From NCBI RefSeq assembly GCF_964355755.1, contig NC_092672.1, positions 19,977,237 through 20,041,236 of the forward strand: a DNA stretch of 64,000 nt. Reading direction: 5' to 3'. This document shows positions 1-14,593 of this stretch, one piece after another. Under the pieces are notes generated by a model. The model was not told the origin of the DNA and made no database searches. It saw nothing but the letters and a program-made list of their open reading frames with translations. The stretch is from Antedon mediterranea. Lineage: Eukaryota; Animalia; Echinodermata. A program made the position numbers and the translations under genes. Within the stretch, counting starts at the first letter, position 1, and every line of letters begins with the position of its first letter.

Positions 1-338
1 ATAAAAGCGGGATGATATTTCCATGAAATATTTTTGAATACCGTGATAATAATTTGTATATTTTGAGCTTAATTCATTTTAAATCTTTGTCATTGTAAGA
101 AGAGAACACCAAGTATTGCATCCGCGTCTCTTTGGTTGTCGTTTAAATATCACGTCATCGTTCATCATCATTGCCGTTCGTGTTCATTATCATTGTCACT
201 ATCGTCATTATTATCAAATCATTCGTCACCATCATTCGAAACGGTATATTAAAATGCAACATATTTTTTCGGAATTCTGTGGGGCAATTTGTACGAATGC
301 GTGTCTTTAAATTATCTCTAGACTTCAAAAGTACATAA

Positions 339-560
339 TTAAATGCACCGTGCAGGAATCAGTAACTTCCAGAAAGAGATCCAAATACTTTGAGGAACTG
401 TAAGCACGCCGAAAAAAAAACAACTCATCATGGTGAAGTGAACATGAACAAGGCCAACAGCCATAAGTCGCGTGCTAATACGCATAGTGATACCGGACCG
501 ACAGACCGACCGACCGACCGACATAGTGAACTATAGAGTCGCGTCCACGCGACTAAAAAT
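339..560 (-). mobile_element. Helentron/DINE-1-like non-autonomous element end (second copy ~7807-8025)
   Basis: Minus strand reads TTTTTAG, a hairpin AGTCGCG-tgga-CGCGACT, then a (GTCG/GTCT)n microsatellite, the typical HINE/DINE-1 layout. Family assignment is inference. Confidence 0.45.
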
Positions 561-846
561 AGTAGGCAAACATCATGAGTAAAAAATGGTCACGATAACT
601 GGTGTGTAATACAAAATTGCTCAGTTGACCATAAATACAATAATATGATAATACGTCATAATCATCGTAACCAACAACATTAAATAGTTAGATTATTCCT
701 CATGAATGCTATAAATAATAAACTGAATGAAGCTACTCTAAATAAATATAAAGTTTAGTTTGGAGTTAACCGCTTAATGATGAGACCAGTGAGTTTGCAG
801 AATTTGATAATTACCAACTTAATACAAAAAATAGAAAGACAAAAGA

Positions 847-966
847 AAGGAGGTGGTCTATATTGCCAACGGAACTATTATGTGAGACACTTACCGACCA
901 CAACAAAAGGAGGTGGTCTATATTGACAACGGAACTATTATGTGAGACACTTACCGACCACAACAA
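847..966. repeat. 60-bp minisatellite, 2 units
   Basis: Unit aaggaggtggtctatattg(c/a)caacggaactattatgtgagacacttaccgaccacaac repeats with period 60. Confidence 0.9.
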
Positions 967-1639
967 CTGCCCTTTTGAATGCCTTTTGATTAAAGTTACA
1001 TTACCAAGAATGTGCAAACTCTTTAGCACCAATCGGTCGAACCATCGCAACTTTATTCTTATATGCCCGACGAAAGAGATAAATACTAAGATCATAAATC
1101 ACAATGAAGACACAGTTCTACGAGAGTTCGTCAGTTAGATCTTTCGGCCAATGTATACAATGGAGATGATCCTTTTCTCTCGGATGGTAATGTTAATGCC
1201 AAAACTAATTTATATAATTCAATTATGCATGATACTTACAATGGGCATTTCCCAGTGATTACTAGCAGTAAGCGGGTTACAGATAAAACTGACGCACAAC
1301 ATAAGAAAATTAGTTAATTAATTAAGTTGCTAAATTTAATTTGAGATAAATTTTAAAAGCTGATCAATGGGCCAGACTTCGGAATTTTGTACAAAAAATA
1401 ATTTAGTTTACCAGCATAATTGCCATCAAGAGAACCTCCCCAGTTATATTCATATACTTTTTTTTGTATAATTTGTTCATCATTTGTATATTGTAATTGT
1501 ATTTCTTTCATACGGTCTCGTGGAAGAACACATTTTGTTGTGAACGAGCCTCCGTTTTAAAATAAATATATTGTTATTATTATATATGCCTGGAAAGTAC
1601 GGAAAAGGCTTAATATAGCTTGATTTAAAAACATCTAAA

Positions 1640-2450
1640 GCTGGTCATCCCGACAATTAACCAGTGAGCTTAATAATGGATTTTGCACCTACTAACTCCA
1701 ATTATCACGAATATGTTGAACAGTGTACTAGTGAAAGATATTTTTTTTGGAGGATTGGAAGAAGTCCACTCAGTTTACAATATAAAAGGTTAAAAATGCC
1801 AAGACTTTAAATGTGCTTAGACCTATCTCGCTCTCTCCATTTTTGTTTGAATATTTCATTTTTCAATGGATTCTCTAGAATAACAGTGACGGATAAGAGG
1901 CAATAGCTGCAAGCAGAGCTCGACAACTTTCCATCTTATCAGCGTCATTGACAAATCCTGAAGGGTTTTAAGAGAGATAGCTTTGATGCAAATATTTGTG
2001 TTCATCGTGTAGGTCACTCTGTATGTATCAATAGGTTAATTGAGCTTAGGATTTGGTCGTCAATAGCACATCATGAATACTCGATTTGCGGGAGTGGTCT
2101 CTGATACATACCAATTAACTGTGGAGTACCTCATGGTAGCCTACTTTAATAGCACCCACCCTTTTCCTGGTGTTATTCAATGATGCACTCATTGTGTGCT
2201 GTGGAGGTTACAGTTACTTAAACAAGTGGTGCAATGTAACTGGTAATATGACACCGAAACTATCTAAATGTAAGGTGATGTCGTTACAACTATTAAGATG
2301 TTATTAAATTTGAAGTAAAAATGATTCAGTATTAAAGGTGTTGAAAATAATTACTCGATATTGTTATTCATAATAATTTAAAATGTGATACGAATACTGA
2401 GGAGATTGTTTCAAGAGATCTGTGTTTGAAAATGATATATTGATAGATCT
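1640..2450 (+). mobile_element. Decayed LINE reverse-transcriptase remnant (copy at ~9200-10020)
   Basis: Broken frames give LRPISLSP (~1815) and INCGVPHGSLL...PTLFLVLFND (~2115-2185), matching the RT motifs RPISL and GVPQGSxLxPxLF. Many stops and frameshifts. Confidence 0.7.
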
Positions 2451-5400
2451 ATTTATTGAACAAACAGTAGGCCTAATAAAAAAAAAGATGTGTGGGAAAT
2501 GTATGTAGTTGAAACCGAAACACGACATAAACGCGCTGGTACAATATTGTGTGTATGCATTTGACGGAGCGTTATTTGAGAGAAAATGCCCCAGGGCATT
2601 TATTATTTGAGGAGGTGGAAGGGTGGGCGTTTATTTCAAATGATGTTTTATGAAGGGGACGCGGCGCGTCATTCAAAGCGGAGCGTTTATTCGAATAAAT
2701 ACGGTAGGTTATTAGTTTTAATAAGTTAATCACTTCCGTAAAAAAACGACAAATGACAAAATAAAATGGTTAAATTCTCTCAAAAACCCATTTACTTGTA
2801 GCAATTTGACTCTTTTTAAAATTACAGTTTTTCAGGTAAATTCAATTTTTGTCAAAGTGGATAACTATTAATGTGACATTAAAATGGCATCTGTAATTAA
2901 CGTGGCCAAAATTACATTGCAATGATTATGTTGACACCTTAAATAATGAACAAAATATATATTGCGATATTAATTTGATTAAAAAATCAGGATTAGGATA
3001 TGACATTAAACAAACTTAAAAAAAAAACGTTATCACCACTTAATACGAAACGATATGGGAAGACAACTTTAGCTTATGGTTATAAAAGATATCTCTGATT
3101 ATTTGATGATAAATAGATGATTATTGATGATGTATGAATTATTTGATCACAGTCATTCCAAATTACATCTTTCTTGCGTCTTTTAGTTAATAGATTATAA
3201 TGATTAAGACATGGTTTGTTCTTCCAGGCCTAAAAGGCTGTCGATTGCTTGATGATCGATTGATGAATAGGGTCACATCCCTACCATAGGCCTAGGTCTG
3301 CAATATTTATTACACAATAGTATATCCTGACTTGCAATGATCTCAACCATGATCCTGTTTTAGAATGATTTTTTGTTGTTGAAATTAGATAAATTCGTAT
3401 TATTAGGCCTACTTTAAATTTATTAACATCACGTCATTTCAGTAATTTTCCAGGTTATTTCTTTAGACTTTGACCAAAGAATATATATCACAAGAATGAG
3501 TATTCCGCGATTTTTGCATGAGAGCTCCAGAGAGAGTGATGCCCGCCCTAATAAGGGCGGATGTATACATACTAAATAAGACTTGATTTAATAGATAGAT
3601 AGAATTATGATAATATATTTTGCAATTGTAAACTATTTTATAATACATATTTATTAACAAACTAGTGTACATTCACTTTTACAGACAATTATTTACTAAC
3701 ATGCTAAATTAGTTCACGAAAAAAGGCCTAACACAGCAATAGGTGGTCCAGCCTTTGATTAGTGAAACCGTCACAAAAAGTTGTATACATCCCAGATACA
3801 TCCTCACTCATGGCGGCGCCCTACCACATGGACAAGGAAAATCGCGGATTACTCATTCTTGTGAGTCGTCGGCAGAGGTCGCACACGTGTGAGTACTACC
3901 ATGGAGCATGGATTAAAGAATCGAATGCATGGAGTAAAGAATAAATTACTTTCTGTGATATAAGTATTATTTAGAATGCTGTGGTGTGGATATATTTGAA
4001 TCTATTTTAAATGATTTAGATATACGTTTATTATTATAATAATAATCTTAAACGGGCAATAAACTTGTACTTGTGTCTTGTACATTTACTCTTGCAGGCC
4101 TAATGTGTTCTAATAAAAACAGAAATGACCATTAAATCAGTTAATAATACATTAAGTAGCCTATTTTAAAACTCTGGTTATATAGGCCTATTGTATGTCT
4201 AATAATTATTGTATATTATCAAAAATACTTAAATAAGCCTATGCCTTCGTAAGAAAATAGGAGGAACAAAATAACATTACAGTATTTCGAAATGATTCCT
4301 TTTTTATAGCGATTTTTGGAAAAAATAATATTTATTAAGGCTTGAATTATTTCAGGATTATACAGTTCCACAGTAAAACCTACCAACATTGGATTGCGAA
4401 AACTCTGAAAAGGCTACTACTGCTATTGTTTTAAAACAATGAGGGAGTGTCTTGAATTCCATCTTAGACAATGAAGGTGGTGTAGCATGGTTGTTTTTTT
4501 ATTAACATAACAATGAAATGTGTTACGTTTCGTGTCTTCAATTTGTTGAAGTGTTATTAACAGCAAAGTTAAATATAAAAATAATGGTGAATTATTTTAT
4601 GTTTTTAAAAATTAGAGGGAAGCTAGATTGCTTGTTGTGTGTGATTAATGGAGATGTTAATATTAATGTTACATTTTATTATGTTATTTATCCAATATTT
4701 ATTATTTTTATAAATTGTCACGATTGTTGTAATTCAGTTTGTTAACTGCAAGAACAATTTAAATAAATAAACCTTGTTTATTATTGTTGTTGCGTCCGTT
4801 TTCACTTACATTTCTTTTCTTACGTTATGTTAATATAATATGTTCATTTTTGGTTTTATATTTATTTTACTCTGTACAGTATTTGTAAAAATAAATGTTA
4901 TTAAGTTGTGGTATACATTACTGATTCTGATTTTAATGTACAAATTATATGTGGCAAACTTCACCGACATTGATATACAGTAACAACAACGATAAATGAA
5001 GAAAAACATAATTAAAAGTTAATATTTATTTGTAAAGTACACACACTCTTTTTCATTATAACTTATAGAAGTGCATATCCTTAAATTAATCTAATGACAG
5101 TACTGTATATAACTTGCATTTCTTTCAGTCTTAAATATAATCGTTGGGGCACATTTTCCGACCGGTACAAAAATGAAAACATTTCATTTTCTTATGTCAT
5201 TATTTATAATTCAATCTTTATATAAGAAAAAAGAAAGCATGATTTTATGTTCAATATCACAAAATACACATTAAATCTCATTTAATTTGATTTATAAATA
5301 AAAGTAACATTTTGTTGTACTTAGTTAATAATAAAACGTCAGATATTTATGACTTTATAATCTCACATAAAAAAAAGTAGGGTAAGTGATCTAAGTATAA

Positions 5401-5915
5401 CATCGAAACTTTGCTGTATAATGTCTAATTTCATAACGTGATTCACTAGTTATTACAAAAGTTAGTAAAAAGACTTAAACAAATCAGTTGTTTGTTTGAT
5501 TTCATCGTAGTGTTACATGAAAAAGGAAATTTTGTAAATATATAATTTTGTGTGTTTTCGCTTGCATCGTTATTAATTTTGGTTTGATTTATTACAGTTA
5601 GGCCTCTAAAGTTAAAGTTTAAAAGTATAGTCACCTACAAAAAGCGCATGATGACACAAGCGCAGTCGGTTACTTGCAAGAAGTTTGGCTAAACAATGAT
5701 CATTATTTATTAATAACGCTTTTAAGTTAGGCGTTTACCGTCACACAATACACACACACAATTCGGTACATTTAAGGATTCTTTTTTTTGTAATCGGTAA
5801 AACAATAACCGGAGTGCGCACATCTTTATAAGAGAACCTCATTTTAGAGAATATTACTTATTTCTGAATTGCCATCTGAATTGTTAACTACACTTTTACT
5901 GATTATCTACGAACC

Positions 5916-6200
5916 ATGAACGATTGTATTGAATGTCGCGAACCCGTAACGGAACAGCAAGAAGGACCGTTTTGCGAAGAGTGTCAGAGATGGCAACATC
6001 GTCGGTGTAACTCAGGAGTGAAAAGAGGAGCAGCGTACAGGTTAGCCGTCGAAGAGGGTTTTATTGATTGGACATGTAGAGAATGTGCTCCAGAAAACAA
6101 CGTCCAACCGGTGCCGCAACTGGAGATTTTTGCAGCCGACCTTGGCGACTTTTTAGAACCAATCGTTCATAGAAGAAGAGGTACTGAATCTTTACCCTGA
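5916..6200 (+). pseudogene. PHD zinc-finger N-terminal fragment of a MULE transposase
   Basis: CIEC...CEECQRWQHRRC...WTCREC fits the C4HC3 PHD pattern. The frame stops before the downstream exon. Confidence 0.7.
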
Positions 6201-6379
6201 ACCACAACCAATACCAGTGATGCCTGCTGTTGATGATGACATCGTTACTTATCGGCGATTAGCAGGAACAACAAAACGTAGGAATGTAAGCTCTTAAAAT
6301 ATTTATAATCTATTCTTTGTAATTTTTTTTTTATTATCGCATTTCTTGTGAAAACCAACTTAACCTTCTGTTGTTTCAG

Positions 6380-6613
6380 GACTCGCTTGTAGACAGTCAT
6401 GGGTACCAATATACAGAGAAGATTGATAAAAGACGGGCAAATACAACATGGAGATGTTTTCTCAGAAACAAGAATGTGACGTGCAAAGCAACAGTGTTGG
6501 AGAAGAATGGAGTTGAAACATTGTGGGATGAGTACCGCGAGGGCCAACGTAGTGTACGTTCTCAAATGCTTGCCGCGAGTAAACTTATTACTCGCGATGC
6601 TCGCGTTGAATAG
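6380..6613 (+). pseudogene. FLYWCH-like exon fused to a transposase C-terminal tail
   Basis: tttcag acceptor followed by DSLVDSHGYQYTEK...TTWRC...CKATV. Confidence 0.55.
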
Positions 6614-7629
6614 TGCTAATGTATGTATGTTAGTTAAATTAGTTAAAAAATTAGTAAAAAATCTTATGTTAGTAATAAACATTAAATATAATTTTAAACT
6701 ATTTGCAAAATACGTTAGTTAAAAACTTTTGTAATATAACATGTTATTGCTAGAAATAAAGTCAATTTTAATGTATGTAAAGAAGTAAGATATTAGTAAA
6801 AATCGTATGCTAGTAATAAACATTAAAAAAGATATTGTTTCATTGTTAAATTTTAAACTATTTGCAAACTATATTACTTATTAGTTAAGTAGTTTTGTAA
6901 TATAACATGTTATTACTAGTAATAAAGTCAATTTTAATGCATGCTAGTGGTTATATAGGAAAAAAACAATTATAAAATATAAATGTTATATTATATGTTT
7001 ATTTATAAAATATGGTAGTTAAGTTAATTCGTTCGTAAATTCTCAAACTTATAACATGTCTAAATAGAAATACAGGAATTGATAATAAATGTGTTAAGAT
7101 TGTATATAATAAAATAATTTTCATTTTTCTCTATCTGTGATGAATCTAACTGTATCTGAAAAGAAATCGTAATATTATATACAATAATACAAATCTAGAG
7201 AAAAATCGGTAAAGCAATGCACCCCTATTTTTTTAATGGAATAAGCCACGGAGATCGCCAATCTAAACAATGCATTTAATATAAACAATGCAAGCAAGCC
7301 TGGCGTTCCATACTAAATACATGCGGCCGAACTCGTTGGCGGCCGAACACGACGGTATTCCTACATGGAATGTGGTGGCACAAAAAAGTTTTCAGGAATC
7401 ATGACTGTTAGTGTTGACATATTTTGAACTTTAGTTCCCGGTAATATTTTACATATTTTATGGTAAAGTTAAGCTATCAGTGACTTGTAAAGGATAACAA
7501 TAGGCCATTCCAACAATACAGGTGCCTAAGCCTAAGTTTTAAAACATGAAACCAGGTCATTCCGTGTCTTAAATGTACGTTTTATGGTAATATGATAAAA
7601 AGAAAAAAAACAATGCACTACTAAGTTTG

Positions 7630-10600
7630 TGTTCATTATCATTGTCACTATCGTCATTATTATCAAATCATTATTCGTCACCATCATTCGAAACTGTATA
7701 TTAAAATGTAACGGATTCTTTCGGAATTCTGTGTGTCACCTCATTAGTGCAGCAATGTGTACTAATTCGTGTCTTTAAATTTTCTCTAGACTTTAAATGT
7801 ACGTAATTAAATGCACCGTGCAGGAATCAGTAACTTCCAGAAAGAGATCCAAATACTTTGAGGAACTGTAAGCACGTCGAAAAATAACAACTCATCATGG
7901 TGAAGTGAACATGAAAAAGGCCAACAGCCATAAATCGCGCGTGCTAAAACGAATAGTGATACCGGACCGACAGACCGACCGACCGACATAGTGAACTATA
8001 GAGTCGCGTCCACGCGACTAAAAATAGTAGGCAAACATCATGAGTAAAAAAAGGTCACGATAACTGGTGTGTAATACAAAATTGCTCAGTTGACCATAAA
8101 TACAATAATATGATAATACGTCATAATCATCGTAACCAACAACATTAAATAGTTGAAAACAGTTAAAACTGAATGAAGCTACTCTAAATAAATATAAAGT
8201 TTAGATAGGAGTTAAACGCTTAATGATGAGACCAGTGAGTTTGCAGAATTTGATAATTACCAACTTAATACAAAAAATAGAAATACAAAAAGGAGGTGGT
8301 CTATATTGCCAACGGAACTATTATGTGAGACACTTACCGACCACAAGAAAAGGAGGTGGTCTATATTGACAACGGAACTATTATGTGAGACACTTACCGA
8401 CCACAAGAAAAGGAGGTGGTCTATATTGACAACGGAACTATTATGTGAGACACTTACCGACCACAACAAAAGGAGGTGGTCTATATTGCCAACGGAACTA
8501 TTATGTGAGACACATACCGACCACAACAACTGCCCTTTTGAATGCCTTTTGATTAAAGTTACATTACCAAGAATGTGCAAACTCTTTAGCACCAATCGGT
8601 CGAACCATCACAACTTTATTCTTATCTGCTCGACGAATGAGATAAACACTAAGATCATAAAATCACAATGAAGACACAGTTCTACGAGAGTTCGTCAGTT
8701 AGATCTTTCGGCCAATGTATACAATGGAGATGATCCTTTTCTCTCGGATGGTAATGTTAATGGCAAAACTAATTTATATAATTCAATTATGCATGATACT
8801 TACAATGAGCATTTCCGAGTGATTACTAGCAGTAAGCGGGTTACAGATAAAACTGACGCACAACATAAGAAAATTAGTTAATTAATTAAGTTGCTAAATT
8901 TAATTTAAGATAAATTTTAAAAACTGATCAATGGGCCAGACTTCGGAATTTGGTACAAAAAATGATTTAGGTTACCAGCATAATTGCCATCAAGAGAACC
9001 TCCCCAGTTATATTCATATACTTTTTTTTGTATAATTTGTTCATCATTTTTATATTGTAATTGTATTTCTTTCATACGGTTTTGTAGAAGAACACATTTT
9101 GTTGTGAACGAGCCTCCGTTTTAAAATAAATATATTTTTATTATTATATATGCCTGGAAAGTACGGAAAAGGCTTAATATAGCTTGATTTAAAAACATAT
9201 AAAGCTGGTCATCCCGACAATTAACCAGTGAGCTTAATAATGGATTTTGCACCTGAATTAACGCCAATTATCCCGAATATTTTGAACAGTGTACTAGTGA
9301 AAGATATTTTTTTTTAGAGGATTGGAAGAAGTCCACTCAGTTTACAATATGAAAGGTTAAAAATGCAAAGACTTTAAATGTGCTTAGACCTATCTCGCTC
9401 TCTCCATTTTTGTTTGAATATTTCATTTTTCAATGGATTCTCTAGAATAACAGTGACGGATAAGAGGCAATAGCTGCAAGCAGAGCTCGACTACTTTCCA
9501 TCTTATCAGCGTCATTGACAAATCCTGAAGGGTTTTAAGAGAGATAGCTTTGATGCAAATATTTGTGTTCATCGTGTAGGTCACTCTGTATGTATCAATA
9601 GGTTAATTGAGCTTAGGATTTGGTCGTCAATGGCACATCATGAATACTCGATTTGCGGGAGTGGTCTCTGATACATACCAATTAACTGTGGAGTACCTCA
9701 TGGTAGCCTACTTTAATAGCACCCACCCTTTTCCTGGTGTTATTCAATGATGCACTCATTGTGTGCTGTGGAGGTTACAGTTACTTAAACAAGTGGTGCA
9801 ATGTAACTGGTAATATGACACCGAAACTATCTAAATGTAAGGTGATGTCGTTACAACTATTAAGATGTTATTAAATTTGAAGTAAACATGATTCAGTATT
9901 AAAGGTGTTGAAAATAATTACTCGATATTGTTATTCATAATAATTTAAAATGTGATACGAATACTGAGGAGATTTTTTCAAGAGATCTGTGTTTGAAAAT
10001 GATATATTGATAGATCTATTTATTGAACAAACAGTAGGCCTAATAAAAAAAAAGATGTGTGGGAATTGTATGTAGTTGAAACCGAAACACGACATAAACG
10101 CGCTGGTACAATATTGTGTGTATGCATTTGACGGAGCGTTATTTGAGAGAAAATGCCCCAGGGCATTTATTATTTGAGGAGGTGGAAGGGTGGGCGTTTA
10201 TTTCAAATGATGTTTTATGAAGGGGACGCGGCGCGTCATTCAAAGCGGAGCGTTTATTCGAATAAATACGGTAGGTTATTAGTTTTAATAAGTTAATCAC
10301 TTCCGTAAAAAAACGACAAATGACAAAATAAAATGGTTAAATTCTCTCAAAAACCCATTTACTTGTAGCAATTTGACTCTTTTTAAAATTACAGTTTTTC
10401 AGGTAAATTCAATTTTTGTCAAAGTGGATAACTATTAATGTGACATTAAAATGGCATCTGTAATTAACGTGGCCAAAATTACATTGCAATGATTATGTTG
10501 ACACCTTAAATAATGAACAAAATATATATTGCGATATTAATTTGATTAAAAAATCAGGATTAGGATATGACATTAAACAAACTTAAAAAAAAAACGTTAT

Positions 10601-13302
10601 CACCACTTAATACGAAACGATATGGGAAGACAACTTTAGCTTATGGTTATAAAAGATATCTCTGATTATTTGATGATAAATAGATGATTATTGATGATGT
10701 ATGAATTATTTGATCAAAGTCATTCCAAATTACATCTTTCTTGCGTCTTTTAGTTAATAGATTATAATGATTAAGACATGGTTTGTTCTTCCAGGCCTAA
10801 AAGGCTGTCGATTGCTTGATGATCGATTGATGAATAGGGTCACATCCCTACCATAGGCTTAGGTCTGCAATATTTATTACACAATAGTATATCCTGACTT
10901 GCAATGATCTCAACCATGATCCTGTTTTAGAATGATTTTTTGTTGTTGAAATTAGATAAATTCGTATTATTAGGCCTACTTTAAATTTATTAACATCACG
11001 TCATTTCAGTAATTTTCCAGGTTATTTCTTTAGACTTTGACCAAAGAATATATATCACAAGAATGAGTATTCCGCGATTTTTGCATGAGAGCTCCAGAGA
11101 GAGTGATGCCCGCCCTAATAAGGGCGGATGTATACATACTAAATAAGACTTGATTTAATAGATAGATAGAATTATGATAATATATTTTGCAATTGTAAAC
11201 TATTTTATAATACATATTTATTAACAAACTAGTGTACATTCACTTTTACAGACAATTATTTACTAACATGCTAAATTAGTTCACGAAAAAAGGCCTAACA
11301 CAGCAATAGGTGGTCCAGCCTTTGATTAGTGAAACCGTCACAAAAAGTTGTTTACATCCCAGATACATCCTCACTCATGGCGGCGCCCTACCACATGGAC
11401 AAGGAAAATCGCGGATTACTCATTCTTGTGAGTCGTCGGCAGAGGTCGCACACGTGTGAGTACTACCATGGAGCATGGATTAAAGAATCGAATGCATGGA
11501 GTAAAGAATAAATTACTTTCTGTGATATAAGTATTATTTAGAATGCTGTGGTGTGGATATATTTGAATCTATTTTAAATGATTTAGATATACGTTTATTA
11601 TTATAATAATAATCTTAAACGGGCAATAAACTTGTACTTGTGTCTTGTAAATTTACTCTTGCAGGCCTAATGTGTTCTAATAAAAACAGAAATGACCATT
11701 AAATCAGTTAATAATACATTAAGTAGCCTATTTTAAAACTCTGGTTATATAGGCCTATTGTATGTCTAATAATTATTGTATATTATCAAAAATACTTAAA
11801 TAAGCCTATGCCTTCGTAAGAAAATAGGAGGAACAAAATAACATTACAGTATTTCGAAATGATTCCTTTTTTATAGCGATTTTTGGAAAAATTAATATTT
11901 ATTAAGGCTTGAATTATTTCAGGATTATACAGTTCCACAGTAAAACCTACCAACATTGGATTGCGAAAACTCTGAAAAGGCTACTACTGCTATTGTTTTA
12001 AAACAATGAGGGAGTGTCTTGAATTCCATCTTAGACAATGAAGGTGGTGTAGCATGGTTGTTTTTTTATTAACATAACAATGAAATGTGTTACGTTTCGT
12101 GTCTTCAATTTGTTGAAGTGTTATTAACAGCAAAGTTAAATATAAAAATAATGGTGAATTATTTTATGTTTTTAAAAATTAGAGGGAAGCTAGATTGCTT
12201 GTTGTGTGTGATTAATGGAGATGTTAATATTAATGTTACATTTTATTATGTTATTTATCCAATATTTATTATTTTTATAAATTGTCACGATTGTTGTAAT
12301 TCAGTTTGTTAACTGCAAGAACAATTTAAATAAATAAACCTTGCTTATTATTGTTGTTGCGTCCGTTTTCACTTACATTTCTTTTCTTACGTTATGTTAA
12401 TATAATATGTTCATTTTTGGTTTTATATTTATTTTACTCTGTACAGTATTTGTAAAAATAAATGTTATTAAGTTGTGGTATACATTACTGATTCTGATTT
12501 TAATGTACAAATTATATGTGGCAAACTTCACCGACATTGATATACAGTAACAACAACGATAAATGAAGAAAAACATAATTAAAAGTTAATATTTATTTGT
12601 AAAGTACACACACTCTTTTTCATTATAACTTATAGAAGTGCATATCCTTAAATTAATCTAATGACAGTACTGTATATAACTTGCATTTCTTTCAGTCTTA
12701 AATATAATCGTTGGGGCACATTTTCCGACCGGTACAAAAATGAAAACATTTCATTTTCTTATGTCATTATTTATAATTCAATCTTTATATAAGAAAAAAG
12801 AAAGCATGATTTTATGTTCAATATCACAAAATACACATTAAATCTCATTTAATTTGATTTATAAATAAAAGTAACATTTTGTTGTACTTAGTTAATAATA
12901 AAACGTCAGATATTTATGACTTTATAATCTCACATAAAAAAAAGTAGGGTAAGTGATCTAAGTATAACATCGAAACTTTGCTGTATAATGTCTAATTTCA
13001 TAACGTGATTCACTAGTTATTACAAAAGTTAGTAAAAAGACTTAAACAAATCAGTTGTTTGTTTGATTTCATCGTAGTGTTACATGAAAAAGGAAATTTT
13101 GTAAATATATAATTTTGTGTGTTTTCGCTTGCATCGTTATTCATTTTGGTTTGATTTATTACAGTTAGGCCTCTAAAGTTAAAGTTTAAAAGTATAGTCA
13201 CCTACAAAAAGCGCATGATGAGACAAGCGCAGTCGGTTACTTGCAAGAAGTTTGGCTAAACAATGACCATTATTTATTAATAACGCTTTTAAGTTAGGCG
13301 TT
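7630..13302. repeat. Direct segmental duplication, copy 2
   Basis: Near-identical to 180-5735. It diverges after ttaggcgtt into agtctgggttccagac. Confidence 0.95.
8290..8528. repeat. 60-bp minisatellite, 4 units
   Basis: Same unit as 847-966, period 60. Confidence 0.9.
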
Positions 13303-13915
13303 AGTCTGGGTTCCAGACGGAGTTTTGTTTTAATATTAGTAAAAAGATAAATATGTTGGCACATATGGCGTTTCATACGTATACTACTTGATTTTGGGGA
13401 AACACGCACAAGTCACGTGGTTTGACACCAAGAATTCTTGGTGCATACGATTATCCGGTTGACTAGTTTCAGCTGCATGCGATTGGCTACTCACTCGTAC
13501 ACCGTTTTAATATTCATATTTCAGAATTTCAAAGACTCAACAACTAAGATGATGCGCATGCGCTATGTTACGTTTAGACAATGTGTACTTGGGTACATTT
13601 ATGAAAGTTTCTGAAGGCTAGACATTATTTTACATGCCTAGTAGTCTGGTAAACATTTTGATGGGATTTTTCTCAAGAACATGAAAACTCGTCTTGATAT
13701 GATAGGCTAGCTTCTCCGCAAATCAAACATTGAATGGATCATTTATTACGCGGAGATAATTTTTATTTGATTCCCACCCAGACCCTGTCCTGCTGTGTGG
13801 TGGTGTAGACCTGTTGTGTGTTGGTGGTGGTATGTAGGCCTACTTTATTGGCGTTTTATTTGGCAGGTCATACGTGCGAATTGAGTATAGACCTACTAAA
13901 GAGGCCTAGGCTATA

Positions 13916-14020
13916 GGTCCGTATTAATGACTGGACTATCTCTGGATTTAGTCTGAACAATCTTTAGTCCTGGACTAAACCAGTATTAAAATCGGCAAAA
14001 GATAGTCATGAATACGGGCC
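13916..14020. mobile_element. Small MITE
   Basis: Inverted ends ggtccgtattaatgact ... agtcatgaatacgggcc. Confidence 0.55.
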
Positions 14021-14593
14021 AATGTGATTGTGGCCTACACTATGCAGTCATTCACATTAAGCATTAACCTCAACAACAGTCACTGATCGTTTTATATTTT
14101 AGTACATATAGATATAGATATCACATACCAGTTCATAAATCACATTTAGTCCAAAAATATCATAACCAGCAACTACAATTGAAAAACATTCATGTCAACA
14201 AGAAAAGCAACTTACAAATATAAACAACTTCACTTAACAGGTCTGCCTCATTATTTAAGCCCTTAATTTCAAAACTGAACTTGTCATGGCACACAACAAA
14301 GCGGCAAGTACGCCACCAATATTTTGGAACGCAAGTGATATAACAGTTATCAGACATTCAAACACTCTCCGTTTATTTAAGTGTTGATATACTATTTGTT
14401 AGCAAAGTGTATTTAGAAGTGATAGTGAGTTTACAGTAGGCCTGTAAAGATGGCCTATGATTGTGTAAATGCTATTTTAGGAAACAAATGCAAATTTTAT
14501 GTCTGTTCTGTTATACTAGTAGGCCTACTTTAACTAATAAAATCATTGGTAATGTTTGTCTTGCTAAAAGATGTTGCTAGTAGTTGTACTCAA

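Larger units (their letters stand above)
180..5735. repeat. Direct segmental duplication, copy 1 (~5.6 kb)
   Basis: Sequence from gtgttcattatcattgtcac to aagttaggcgtt recurs at ~7630-13302. Identical ORF-track translations recur at an offset of 7567. Confidence 0.95.
5736..7357 (+). mobile_element. Internally deleted Mutator-like (MULE) element with PHD and FLYWCH remnants
   Basis: Bounded by taccgtc/gacggta (only a 7-bp inverted match). PHD finger in 5916-6200, GT-AG intron ~6286-6379, FLYWCH-like segment GYQY...TWRC...CKA, then LWDEYREGQRS resembling the MULE transposase C-terminus. No DDE core. Confidence 0.6.

Noticed and set aside
811-1138. ORFs over the 60-bp minisatellite (also 8257-8671)
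   Set aside because: They are repeat-derived frames with non-ATG starts within decayed repeat sequence.
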